The notes under the pieces are model-generated. The model saw only the letters and a list, made by a program, of their open reading frames with translations. It was not told the origin of the DNA and did no database searches. Made by a program: the position numbers and the translations under genes. A stretch of 62,746 bases of DNA, counting the filler, from Choristocarpus tenellus KU-1152 (lineage: Eukaryota > Protista > Phaeophyceae), in the NCBI GenBank assembly GCA_964200185.2. It is 13 parts of 13 records of this genome, joined end to end, with 100 filler letters (N's around TTAATTAATTAA, not from the genome) between each part and the next. Parts side by side here need not be neighbours in the genome. Positions count along the whole stretch, not along the records: positions 1 to 2,564 come from CAXNAD020026736.1; positions 2,665 to 9,914 come from CAXNAD020006463.1; positions 10,015 to 13,954 come from CAXNAD020017031.1; 10 more parts are not named here. One strand, written 5' to 3'. This document shows, piece after piece, positions 1 through 11,079 of this stretch; within the stretch, counting starts at the first letter, position 1; every line of letters starts with the position of its first letter.

Positions 1-20
1 CCCCCCAGATACTTTGGGTC
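1..20 (+). mobile_element. MITE family A, right TIR fragment
   Basis: CCCCCCAGATACTTTGGGTC matches the right TIR of the full copies. Confidence 0.8.
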
Positions 21-910
21 ATTACTGCTCCAACCAGGTGGAGGTGGCGGAAATGTTCTGGCAGGCGCCATCCCAGGCTGACGTTTTGCAGGTGACTTGC
101 CATCCAAGTATGAGTAGTACCTCTGCCGTTGATGGTTCCTTTTCAAGCAGTATTTACATTGACTTGGTTTGGGGCCGCTTCCAGCTGATCCTCTGGACTT
201 CCCAGCATGGCTGTTCCTCACAGTGCTACGCATTGCCAATATCCCATCGTGCCTATATCTTGGTCAGAGTGATGGTAAGTTTTCGAAGAGATGATTGCCC
301 GTTTGAGCTCCTCAAGCTGATGTCAGGGCACGTTATTAATTGTGCGAACACATGCGGCATGACCTCCTTGATGCCAAGCAGTATAGATTCCCCCTTAATG
401 TTTTCGGACTTTGGCTCCTTGAGCTGCTCGAAGTTGGAAAATAGCTGCTCGAGTTTAACGACAAAATCAGTGCTGTCCTGTGACACTGCGTACCTGATAT
501 CTCGAAGTCTCGCCTCCAGTGTAATGAGCTGCACGGGGATCTCGTCCTCCATGTGTCCTCCATAGAATCTCTCTAACTCTAACCATGCCCCTCTGGTGTC
601 CGGCTGACCCTCGTTTTCATACCTCGCAACGATTGCTGATGCTGACCCTTTTGTTGCTTTGATAAGCAGGAACCATAACGCCTTATTGTTCTTGATGTAT
701 GTGGCATGTGCTGTGCGCACGGTCGCTCCTGAGGTGGTCATGGGGGTTTCAGGAGAGTTCCTTGTGTTGATCTCGTACAATCTCTTTCCCCCAGTGTGGC
801 CTATCAACAACAGTCTTGAAGTGGACCAGGTCTCCAATGACCGTCCTGTGGTCCCTGTCCAGACAGCAAGTTCCTTCAGATCAGTCTCCATACTACTAAC
901 GCTCATAACC
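21..910 (-). pseudogene. Ty1/Copia gag remnant with primer-binding site
   Basis: ORF 253-939 contains a Copia Gag-like segment (KGSASAIVARYENEGQPDTRGAWLELERFYGG). After a frameshift there is a degenerate zinc knuckle, CKYCLKRNHQRQRY (~115-158). Minus-strand CA|GGTTATGAGC at 912-901 resembles the half-tRNA-iMet PBS of Copia elements and supplies an in-frame ATG at 906. A MITE at 1-20 truncates it. Confidence 0.8.
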
Positions 911-969
911 TGTGCAATTAACCTTCTTGTTTTCACCACTGATCAAATACTACCTCTGTGCCATAAGTT

Positions 970-1566
970 TGTGACGCGAAACATCTGGGCTTGCCAAGCG
1001 AGAACGGCGCTGAATCGGACGATAACCCCACAGACTGAAATCGGGTGACAATCTCAGCTTTCAGAAAAGGTGGGGTCGAGGATCGTCAGGTACAAACTCG
1101 AGGTGCTTCAAGCCGTCAAATTAGGGGTCTTCTGAGGTGATTTTGAGGCCAGAACTGGGCACGTCCAGGGTCAGAACATCGGCATGGCAACCCCCCTGTC
1201 GATCCCCCCACGTAGGAAGGATGCCCAAGTGTCCCTGAATATCAGAGTTGCGCTTGCAGCGTGGCACGCCCTCGCGATGATCCCTGGTGAGCATAAACTG
1301 CCATGACACGTTGGGCCGGCCCTCATAGCGGAGTTTGGAGTGTCCGGGCGTTACATGCGAAGGCTCAGGGAGGACTTCGCCAATCAGCTCGCCTGTGACC
1401 ACACGCTCGATCTGGGGTGGCGGCATGTAGTGGGTGGCCTTCGGAGCTCACACCGACCAAGATGGCCGCAATACATAGTATCAACTCCGATAATTGGTCA
1501 TCTACAATGCGTCCGGTGACAATGAAGATGGTCGCCAAGGGGCTGAATTATGGCACGAGTGTCATA
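970..1566. mobile_element. Possible solo LTR or LTR remnant
   Basis: GC-rich ~600-bp block with roughly inverted ends (TGTGAC...TGTCATA) next to the Copia PBS. No second copy and no clean TSD seen. Confidence 0.3.
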
Positions 1567-1743
1567 TGCTCAAAGTATCTCGGGGGGAGGGGGGGGTTTA
1601 TACCAGGGTGTCCATTCGGCCCCTGACCAAGAAAAGTGCACTTAAATTATCCATCCGTCGCATGCAACCAAATCACTCAAAAATCGTGCATGGAAAATGG
1701 GCCCAAATAGACAGCTGACACCCTCCCCCAGATAATCTGAGCC
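1567..1743 (+). mobile_element. MITE family A, full copy
   Basis: TIRs tGCTCAAAGTATCTCGGGGG / CCCCCAGATAATCTGAGCC, ATA duplicated on both sides; core shared with the copies at 23948, 33718 and 61506. Confidence 0.9.
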
Positions 1744-1749
1744 ATAAAC

Positions 1750-2564
1750 AGGTGGTTGGATGATATAGGAGCCATGCCAAATCGCCGCTGGATCAAACCC
1801 AAGTTTAGGTCGTAGCAAAGGTACGGAGAATGGACTTTGTTTGCAATCAAGTAGACCAGAAACAAGGTGTGTACGCCTCCATGGTGAACACAATCCATGT
1901 GGCTGAAACCTGGTTTTATGTGATGGCTGATGAGGAAAGGGTTAGGGTATTTCCGCATGAGGATAGATTTGGCTCTCAGCTTTGATGAAAAGCTTGGTGT
2001 TTGGCATCTGTGTGCGCCAAAAACGGCAGACAGGACAAGCAAGAACCATAAAAAGGGGGATGTGCATGAGCAGGACTGTACTTTAGACCATTTGTGGTAC
2101 AGGAGGAGTTACTGCCTGCAATCAAGACCAAGATGAGTCCAAGTATCTTAGAGGGTAGAACCGCGTCCGTTTGGCGGTCAAAATCCAATGTTGAAAGTTT
2201 GATGTAATTTTGGCCGTCATGTTTGTTTGGAAGTGTGAATATCCTTGCTCCAGACACACCTTTTCATAACATACACATTTCACCTACTCCAAAACATTTC
2301 GGAGTCGGTAAAATGTTATTAAAACCCCGTAGGAATCCAAGCCCCAAATGGACAAACAGGGTAAAACTCGTACCCTCTAAGATACTTTCACTCAGTTGCC
2401 TTGGTTGCAGGGGAAGCATGTTGTCGTTCAGCAAGGCGGTGCCACCTCCCACATGGGCAAGGACAACTCAGAAATCTTGTCAGGGGCAGGGAAGACTGAG
2501 GGGTGGTCAATTAGGCTTGTGACAGAGCCATCTAACTCCCTCGAACTCAATATCATGGACCTGT
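1750..2564 (+). pseudogene. Mariner (DD39D, plant/oomycete-type) transposase remnant interrupted by MITE B
   Basis: Motifs in the expected order across frameshifts: MVNTIHVAETWFY (VHVDEKWF), FDEKLGVW..ADRTSKNHKKG, LLPAIKTKMPW, VVVQQGGATSH (QQDNA.PH), GWSIRLVTEPSNSLELNIMDL (QPPNSPDLNVLDL). Catalytic aspartates are mutated. Confidence 0.9.
2135..2393 (+). mobile_element. MITE family B, full copy
   Basis: TIRs GAGTCCAAGTATCTTAGAGGGTA / TACCCTCTAAGATACTTTCACTC, flanks AGAT/AGTT. Removing the element plus 4 bp restores ACC AAG ATG CCT TGG (TKMPW) of the mariner. Confidence 0.92.
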
Positions 2565-2664
2565 NNNNNNNNNNNNNNNNNNNNNNNNNNNNNNNNNNNN
2601 NNNNNNNNTTAATTAATTAANNNNNNNNNNNNNNNNNNNNNNNNNNNNNNNNNNNNNNNNNNNN
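2565..2664. other. Artificial contig-joining spacer (first of 12)
   Basis: Identical 100-nt N44-TTAATTAATTAA-N44 blocks (stops in all six frames) at 2565-2664, 9915-10014, 13955-14054, 17928-18027, 27005-27104, 30193-30292, 33000-33099, 36011-36110, 42731-42830, 51480-51579, 55200-55299 and 58058-58157. A separate short N gap lies near 23546-23555. Confidence 0.98.
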
Positions 2665-2741
2665 GTCGTAGGATAGGTAGTGGTCCCCCCTCCGACCCCA
2701 TCGGCCCCCCCCCCCCCCCCCCCCCCCAGATACATTGACCC
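2665..2741 (+). mobile_element. MITE family A-like right end at contig start
   Basis: Poly-C followed by AGATACATTGACCC. Confidence 0.65.
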
Positions 2742-3191
2742 TAGGCAGGCACGGTGCAATAACTACAATAACTACAATATTAAAAATGCCTCGAATGGAT
2801 AGGTGGAACACAACTGGGAGGCAATGTTGCTCATGACCTTGACATTGCATCATTGGACAGGAAGAGGATGAGACAAAAACATCATCTGCATAGAACTGTC
2901 TTGTTACATCACATTGTCCAAAATCTCTTTATGCCAGAGGACTTGAGTTGATGTATTCCCCTGACCTCCAAGGCTTCCTCTCCTCTCAACTTAAGTGTGA
3001 ATAGGATACTCTCTGTCAGAGGTACCACACCAATCCCCGCACTCAGTGTGGAGGGTATTGCAGCTTACAGCAGTACTAGTAGTCAACACGATGGAGGCTA
3101 ATCAATCATCAATGTGCATTCAGCAATCACTTCAGAAGATATTGTTTATGGTTAAAATGGATGTTAATATTGGCAGCAGTGTTATGCTTAC

Positions 3192-4386
3192 CCATGCTTG
3201 TATCGCAGATCGCATAGGATGAGTATCTCCGCACTTCGAACCCTTCTCGCTTGTCGACAATAGAGTATTCAGGACTGAAAAGATTTAGGGGTGTCCTGAA
3301 TGGAGACAAGGAGTAAACAGGTGGGTCAATGAGACTATTTTGACACAGCATGCAAGGACACACACGATGGCAACATTCAACAACACTCAACAAGGCATCG
3401 ACGACTCTGACTGCAAGAGGGCTTCCGTCAAAGGTAAATGTGTACCACACCAACAAGGAAAATGACTAGCAAGCGATGGAAAGGGTTCACGTTTGTTTGC
3501 ATGCACTAATAGCACAGCAGCACTAGTGTATTGGGAATATCAACCTGATCGTCAAGATGACTCTCACCTACTGACGATATTGGGGGCCTCTTCTTGGATC
3601 GTATTGATGACATCAAATACCTTCCGAGGAGAAGGGATATCACTGGCCTTGGGAAGATTTGACTTGAGCACTTCCAAAATTCCTCCTGAATCACGTAGGC
3701 CGTCCCGGACTTCTCTTATTGATGACGCTAGGGCATCGCCTGCACGTGGTGCCCCCTTCGCCACCTGTACATATAATTTTCACGCAAGGGTCCTTCAAGT
3801 GTTTTGTCTGCCCATCGACCACTATTGCGAAACTCGTCCCTGGTAAAGGATTACCAATAAGAGCAACAAACCCTCGCACGCCTTACAGACACAAAGACCC
3901 TGATCAACAATCAACATCTTTGTCAAAGTTTCACCCACCAACCTCGGGGATAATATCCTGCTTTAGCTGCCTGCGAACAGCTACAAGTCCATCCTTGTTA
4001 AATTTGGCTTGAGTTCCTTCGGCAAACACGACCTCATTCAAAAGAGTACCCTTTCTTACGGCCCGAGACACATCCTCCACAACCTCGGGCAAGCGTTTGA
4101 GGAGATCCATCGACAAAATGCCGACTTCAGCGGGACTACTAGAGAGAAAAAGAGTGTCCAGCTCCTTTCGCCACGTAAGTGGAAGGTTTCCCCCACCAGA
4201 AGCAGGAGTGTAACTTTGTACATTGCCATCTGCTCCGTCTGTTGCTCTGATCCGACTTCTCCTTCCCTCACACTTTCTGGAGGAATCACCTATGACACTA
4301 CATGGTAAAGGCAAGAATGCTGACACCATGTCAAGCAGCAGGGAAAAGAAAAATACGCGTTTAGAAACAAACAGCAGCATTTGCAT
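3192..4386 (-). CDS. SOUL heme-binding family protein, plastid-targeted, 3'-partial (exons 4386-3943, 3764-3568, 3295-3192)
   Basis: GT-AG exons join in frame to give ...EAPNIVSRTPLNLFSPEYSIVDKREGFEVRRYSSYAICDTSM, the typical SOUL N-terminal P.Y.V...EG.EVRRY motif. A hydrophobic leader followed by VSA-FLP matches the ochrophyte ASAF plastid motif. Downstream exons were not identified. Confidence 0.82.
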
Positions 4387-4587
4387 GGTCTAGCCCTTCA
4401 TTCCTAACTCTGATGACCTGGTTTATTTTGTTGTTGAGTTAACTATCATACTTTTTGAACCTGAACACCATAACTATTACCTCGTATAAACCCTTAACAC
4501 TATCCTACACCTTTCGTAACTAAACATTGTTAAGACACAGGGAATTAGGTCAAGACAAAACACTCATGAAACTATCCCAATAGAAGC

Positions 4588-7045
4588 ATGTTTTCCGCTG
4601 TCCGTGGGCTCAGCTCAAAAGTATCGGTGGCCTGCTTAGCAACCGTAGGTTCCGTTGGCACTGTATATGCCACAAAGGACAGAGATTGGGCATGGAGCAG
4701 TTGGAAGAGATTTCCCTTTCCGTTGGTGGATACAGGGGAATGGCACCTCTTCGTGCGTAACGCGGTTTCGTGTGCTTTTGCTGGGATGGGAGCGATTGCT
4801 TACGCCAAAGAAGTGATACCTGTCACTCCGACGGATAGGACAGAGGGAGACCATGGATGGAATGGTGGGCGGAGAAATAAGAGTGGGATTCCCTCAAAGG
4901 GTAAGGAGTTGCCTGTGGCCTCGAGGGGTGGGTGATTTAGACAGATGTTTCCGGTGTATTCCTCACTAGCTCATATGTTAATTATCGCATGAATCGTGTT
5001 ACAACTTGAATGTGCCAGCGAAGGTAGTTACCAGAGTCAGGTTGTCAATTACCAAGAATCTATTTCTCGTTGAGCTCGTATTCTCTCATCTCTTTTTTCG
5101 TTTTACAGCACAACGACACACAATGTAATTGTGCTTGTGCTACATAACAAACGGATGACTGTGTTAACACACTAATCAGGTGCCGTTCCAGAGGAGACCT
5201 TGACTGTGTCCAAGTACGACCCAGACTTGTCCAGAGACCGAAAACCTGATGACATGTTGGAGGGGAATGGGGACGTCGCAATTTCAACAACTGACGAATT
5301 GGAAGGGAGAGAGGAAGAGGAAGATGAGGACACCACGTGCCCCTTTTGCCTTTTTCAGCGACGTGGACCATGTGGACCGGAGTTTCGGTTGTGGGAAAAG
5401 TGAGCTTTATATGTTCCAATGTACAACGTCGTACAGTTTGTACAAGTGTGTCTCAAGCAGCAGGTAGTATCCTTGATTATGTCTTGTGTATTTTGACACG
5501 ATCTACTTTGCCACGTGTGCATGTGCCCAAATAACTGTTGAAGTTACAGTCTCTTGACCTTGGACATGAAGGACATAGTACAGCACCTGGCTCAGAGGTA
5601 CAATCAAATCTAGTTGTTAGAGATATCAACAAGTACAGTTGTGCATCCCATCCCAACCTCTCGTGCCTGTTTTCTGGCACATTGAAACCATTGTACCGTA
5701 TAGGAGTGAGTCAAACCCCTTCTTTGCACTACAACACTGTGAGTAAGAGCAAGCTTGTTTTGGTGTTCAGTGTTAAGGGGTTATCTCTGACCTACATCTC
5801 TGCTGCATTGTAGAGCCTTGGGGTATATAGTTCATTACATTCCCATACATTATTCAGTATATTTCGGGTTGGGATTCCCTAGATCATGCATTTAAGCATA
5901 GGTATGTGGAAGAAGAATCGGCTATGTATCTTGCAATATACATAGGAACAGTACACTGCATGAACCAGTAACCAGCTTCCCTAGGTTGTCAAGCTATCAG
6001 TACAAAACCAACTCACTTGGATGTTCCTCTACCCCAATGCTTGCCTTGCCTGGTGTGTATGTAGATGCATTGCTTTGGCCAAGGAGGAAGATGTTGACTT
6101 CGTCTCACGATGTGCCCCTGCCACAAAGGTTCTCATGGTGTGCATGGAGCAGCATCCATCATATTACCAGGTACTAGATGCCAAAAGGTTTGAACTTGGG
6201 ACTGTCTTGAGTTGTGCAGATACACATTCATAATGTTAAGGTTAAGGCTTATTGTTGCTATTTTTTCTATGCATTCAGCTTAGAGAACTCCGCAGTGTAA
6301 CAGGAGATGATGAGGTTGACATTACTATTTTTGAGTAACCCTAGCTGTTAAGCAACATGTGATAAGTGTATAGTGGGCACATTAAATTGAGGCACTCTCA
6401 CTTCTCCAATACACTGCAAAGTGACATGAGCTTTCCCACAAGTCAGAATGAATGGTCAATACATTACATCCATTCCAAAAAGTATGTGCATTGCCATACA
6501 CCTTGTTTTTAGATCATACCTGTTTCAATGTTTGTCTACAAGTGTTGTTGCTTTTGCTCTAAGAATTCGTATGAGTGATCAAAGGAAGGGTTCTGAAGTG
6601 AAACAATTTGTGATTATTTTATGCTCATAAATATAGTTTCTATGTGATGTTTATATATGGTGTGAACTGAGGAACACTGCCAACAGTTGCCTGGTCACCC
6701 CAGTGGGTGTGAAGGTGTGAAATGAGTGGAGTGTAGACTACTGAACAGGCAAGGAGGGGTATGTGTATCGTACTTTTGAACACTGTGTTACTCCTCTTCT
6801 CTACTCTTTGAGAGGATATGGAAGAATTTCACATGAGTACACTTTTATCACATACAATACATCTCCCCGTATCATGGTAATATTAGTACATGCTAAACAT
6901 GTATTAGATTGGCATGAAAAGTTAATGAGTTAATGAACAGACTCACCCATTTTCCATCATATGAACTGACCATTTTGATGTTCAGGGTGGATCTGAGGAG
7001 GATGAGGAGGATGAAGAGGAGAACGAGATCCTGGCCAATCAATGA
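4588..7045 (+). CDS. GCK-domain / twin CX9C protein, probably mitochondrial (exons 4588-4900, 5180-5399, 6065-6170, 6986-7045)
   Basis: The spliced product contains CPFCLFQRRGPCGPEFRLWEKCIALAKEEDVDFVSRCAPATKVLMVCMEQHPSYY: CxxC plus two CX9C motifs, as in GCK-domain proteins. All junctions are GT-AG and phase-compatible. The N-terminus MFSAVRGLSSK resembles a mitochondrial presequence. The last exon is less certain. Confidence 0.85.
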
Positions 7046-8171
7046 GTGATTATTTACACAATACACTCCTTTTAATTCAAGTACATCTTTTATGTTCACC
7101 CTCTTTTTGGTTCCACTGTCCAAAAAAAGAACTAAGCCTTACTGATACCACACTGGGGCAAACATCTTCCACAGCCTGGTTACCATCAGATGATCATTTC
7201 AACAAAAAGAGATACTCAAGTCCATGGGACATAATCCTAACCCCTATTATACACCTCCAAGGACTTGAGAGAGGAAAGGGACAAGCAGTTTCATGACTGA
7301 TCCCAGGGTACAAGAATCAGTGCATATACAGCACTCTGCTAGTCACTATAGTGGAGCTGCTGTTTTGTACTATTTCCCAGTCAAGGGTAGAGGAAATAAT
7401 TGCAGTGAATACGCACTTAACAAGAATAATATTGTTAGTGGAACTAAAAAATGTGCTACACTATTGTGTTAATGTTTGAATGGTTTTAGGAGATGGATAC
7501 GTAAGGACTGTAATACACCCCATACACACCAATCACATGTTGAATAACCTGTCACTGTACATGATATCAATATAATGGATTGATTAAAGTTCATTTCAGG
7601 AAGAATTCACTCATCATTTAAAAGTTGCTTGAAAATAGTTGCAAATTTTCCAACATTTTCAGTAACCTCTAGCATGATATGTGCACCATCTGAATGGTGT
7701 GCAGACAATTACAACCTGATAACAAGAAAAGTGATTTTAAATGTTACTATTTTCGTATGCTAGCTGAAACCTTCTCACCGCACATCTATACAGGACAACA
7801 TTCACAAGTTCTCAACACAACATTCCTCACATCAAAAGACCGCCCCAAGGCTTAAGACCACACTTAAGTGTCTGTCCGAGGTAGAAGTAGGGTCTCCAGG
7901 CCAATTAAGGATTAGCATAGCTCTAATAGTTTATACAAGCATAATGTATACTAATCCTCCATGCACCCCGCAGGTCCTCATTGCCCTCATCAGAACTATT
8001 TTCATCTCCTCTATATACCTCTCCCATGACTAATCAGACATCTAGGCAAACCCATTGAGCAGCCAAGCGTCGAGGCTGGTCTCTCATTCATGGGTGGTGT
8101 TTAGGAAACACCATGTGTCCGTTGAGTGCGATAACTCATGCCGCATAGTTACGCAGATGCTCCTGGTGTAC

Positions 8172-8849
8172 TCAGTAATCCTGAGATGCTGATGAGGTGG
8201 CCTTCGGCTTCGAACTAGACTTCTTGGGTAAAAGGACAGCGTGGATGTTGGGCAAGACCCCACCTGTCGCAATGGTGACATTGCCAAGAAGCTTGTTCAA
8301 CTCTTCGTCATTGCGAACGGCAAGCTGGATGTGACGTGGGACGATGCGGGCCTTTTTGTTGTCACGAGCTGCGTTCCCGGCCAGCTCAAGCACCTCAGCA
8401 GTCAGGTACTCCAGCACAGCTGGATGTGTATCAGCAAAACCGAGGTGGGGTTCGATGTAAGATCATCTAATCGTCAGACGAATGCAGCAACTTGGACTCA
8501 CAATTTCAATGGTTGTATGGATAACCATATCCAAATATATATTTCCGACCAACGAACACATCCACCAAGACCAACCTGCAAGGTAGACTGGGGCACCGGC
8601 ACCGACTCGAGTCGCGTACTTCCCCTGCTTCAGGAATCGACCGACACGACCAACCGGAAATTGCAGCCCAGCCTTAGCCGACCTGCCACGTCCGACAGGC
8701 GGTAGAGAGGATAAGAATATGCACACCAAACTTGGAGTTATGCCACAAGCAAACCCGCCAAATGCTGTACACAAACCATGCAAAGGGACTTACCGTGTAG
8801 TAGACTTCTTATCACCACGACCACCCTTTCCTTTTCCTTTGCCAGACAT
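8172..8849 (-). CDS. H2AX: Histone H2A.X, 136 aa (exons 8849-8794, 8682-8576, 8419-8172)
   Basis: Spliced [37 protein letters not shown]...[29 protein letters not shown]...LLPKK...SASQDY. The C-terminal SQ(D/E)-aromatic motif defines H2A.X. Confidence 0.97.
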
Positions 8850-9859
8850 GATACGATTGCTTGTGATTTGGAAGTAGAGACTTGGGGTGGGCGAGAATCA
8901 GACCAGTGAAAAGTGGGAGGTGAGAGGGGTGGGTTGTAGAGTAAAAAATCAAATTGGGATCCGCACTATATTTCTATTTTTCTCATACTTTGTATGGAGA
9001 TCAGCCAATCACCAATGATTTGCAACCTCGTCCAATTGTTTTAAAAGCGGTCAACGAATAGGTACATAAAATCAATGAAAAACATGTGCAACCTACTTAC
9101 TACTATATTTGAACAAGTATAGAGATAATAATATTGATATTTTGATTTGATTCATTACACATTATATGTATCACATATTTTTCGTTGAAGTAAGATATTA
9201 TGTGACATTGTGGACGATATAATAATAATATAGTAGCATCATAATACTAATAGAAGTATGTTCCGCTCTGACATGATAGGTTGTAACTGCTTCGATATCA
9301 GTTGCATGATATGAGAGTAGTATTTTTTCTCTGACATCCACACATCTATGGTAGCTGTTAGAGTCGAAAGTGAAACCCAATGATCAGCTCCAATGTCGAA
9401 AGCCTTACAAGGTCATCTTCAAGGCATCACCATCGTTTTTCTCTTCACCTCCCTTCTCCCAATCCCCTCCATACAGGAAGGATGTTGGACTAAACAAAAA
9501 TAGTTTGGGAGTTATCTTCCAACTAACTCGAGAATGACGAAGCATACGGCATACTCCAACCTGTGCGTGTGTCAGAAAAACAGTGACCCCGTCCCCTTTA
9601 CCTATGAAGAAGAAAAGAGGATAAACTCAGGAAACGTATCACCCATGATTGGTGATCAAGGTCACTTTGGCTGTTTCGACCTCATTGGTATGCGATGGTC
9701 AGGCATCCATAAAATATTTTCCTCCAACCTCCACACATCTTCTGTGCCACCTGTTTCACTCTTCCAAGAGTAAAACCCACTGATCATTTGCAGCGTTGAA
9801 AGCCTTGGAAGGTCATCTTGGAGGCACCACCTTTTTCTCAGCTTCCCTTCTCACCTTTT

Positions 9860-9914
9860 AACAGTGGATTTTAAAAATTGAGGATGGAGCGTACTATTGA
9901 GGATGGTTTTGACC
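9860..9914 (+). mobile_element. MITE family D, left-end fragment at contig end
   Basis: TTAACAGTGGATTTTAAAAATTGAGGATGGAGC matches the TIR of the 10903 copy. Confidence 0.7.
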
Positions 9915-10014
9915 NNNNNNNNNNNNNNNNNNNNNNNNNNNNNNNNNNNNNNNNNNNNTTAATTAATTAANNNNNNNNNNNNNNNNNNNNNNNNNNNNNN
10001 NNNNNNNNNNNNNN

Positions 10015-10198
10015 AAAAGCCAGGGTGGGGGGGGGGGGGGGGGGGGGGGTCTACACCAGGGTGTCCATTTGGACCAAAATCAGGAAAAGTGCACTTTCAT
10101 TATCCATCCAATTTATGGAACCAAATCACCCAAAAATCGCGATATGAAAAAATTGGTCCCAAATGGACAGCCACCCTCCCCCCCAGATACTTTGAGCC
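10015..10198 (+). mobile_element. MITE family A, 5'-truncated by contig break
   Basis: Poly-G, family A core and right TIR CCCCCAGATACTTTGAGCC. Confidence 0.88.
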
Positions 10199-10281
10199 TG
10201 GTATAGTTCCTACCCTCTTTAAAGGCTGACAGAGTCACTCTGCTATTCTTGAATCTAGCTGTTAGGGCTCTCATAAAGGGT

Positions 10282-10399
10282 TCTCTCAAGTCATATTCAG
10301 CACTTCATCCATAGAAATATGTGTGAATTGCCAAAGGTTGAAAACTGATTTAAAATGAAAAAGGGTAAAAACCTGGGTACCTCTCATTTACTTTGACTC
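10282..10399 (+). mobile_element. MITE family C, right half
   Basis: Homologous to 14373-14491; ends GTACCTCTCATTTACTTTGACTC. Confidence 0.75.
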
Positions 10400-10902
10400 A
10401 TAGGTGAGAAGCCGCTGGCTCTGGGGTTTGTTGGTTGCAATGTGCCTCTGCCTACTACACTGGGAAGCGGTGAGCCATTACTCCCCCCTTGCAAAACCAG
10501 TGATGTGTAGTTCCCCCCCACACCACCTTTGTCAAGAATCTAGGCATGCATTCTCAAATCCCCTCCTTGTGACTGCCACAGGAGGGAAGATACCCACACT
10601 TGGCTAGTACGTTGGGCAGGTGTCATACATTGTGGAATTGGGCATTACAGTCGATAGTCAAAACAACACGGTTCTAGACTCCAGGGTGCACCTTCAAGAT
10701 GTCTCTTACATATCGGTTGGAGTTTACACAAACTGTACGTCCAGACGTGAGAAACAATGCAGCGAGTAAGGCCAGAGACAACTTCGAAGACACCTTGAAA
10801 ATGCCTGGACTCCATTTTTTAGTTGCAAGTAACTCCCAACAAGTTCATCCTTCGAAGTAGCGAGTGTGTAGCTTTTGAGACGAAATCAATCAACTCCAAA
10901 TA

Positions 10903-11079
10903 ACAGCCGATTTCAAAAATTGAGGATGGAGCTTTTCATTGAGGATGGAGCTTTTCATTGAGGATGGAGCTTTTCATTGAGGATGGGCTTGAACCAAAAT
11001 TGACTGGGATAAAGTGTCGATATATATATTTTTGTATATTCAATGAAAAGCTCCATCCTCAATTTTTGAAATCGGCTGT
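10903..11079. mobile_element. MITE family D, full copy with ~40-bp perfect TIRs
   Basis: ACAGCCGATTTCAAAAATTGAGGATGGAGCTTTTCATTGA and its exact reverse complement. Flanked by TA (or ATAA/TTAA). Internal 19-bp unit ATTGAGGATGGAGCTTTTC repeated ~3.5 times. Confidence 0.9.

Noticed and set aside
14-565. 183-aa plus-strand ORF
   Set aside because: Antisense shadow of the Copia gag. The same applies to 8241-8705 (H2A.X), 37997-38506 (RCC1) and the Pro-rich ORFs opposite 45265-46305.
955-968. ACTTATGGCACAGA (minus strand) as the Copia PBS
   Set aside because: CA|GGTTATGAGC at 912-901 fits better and supplies the in-frame ATG.
2609-2620. TTAATTAATTAA as a biological motif or piggyBac site
   Set aside because: It is always centred in identical N padding, so it is a concatenation linker.
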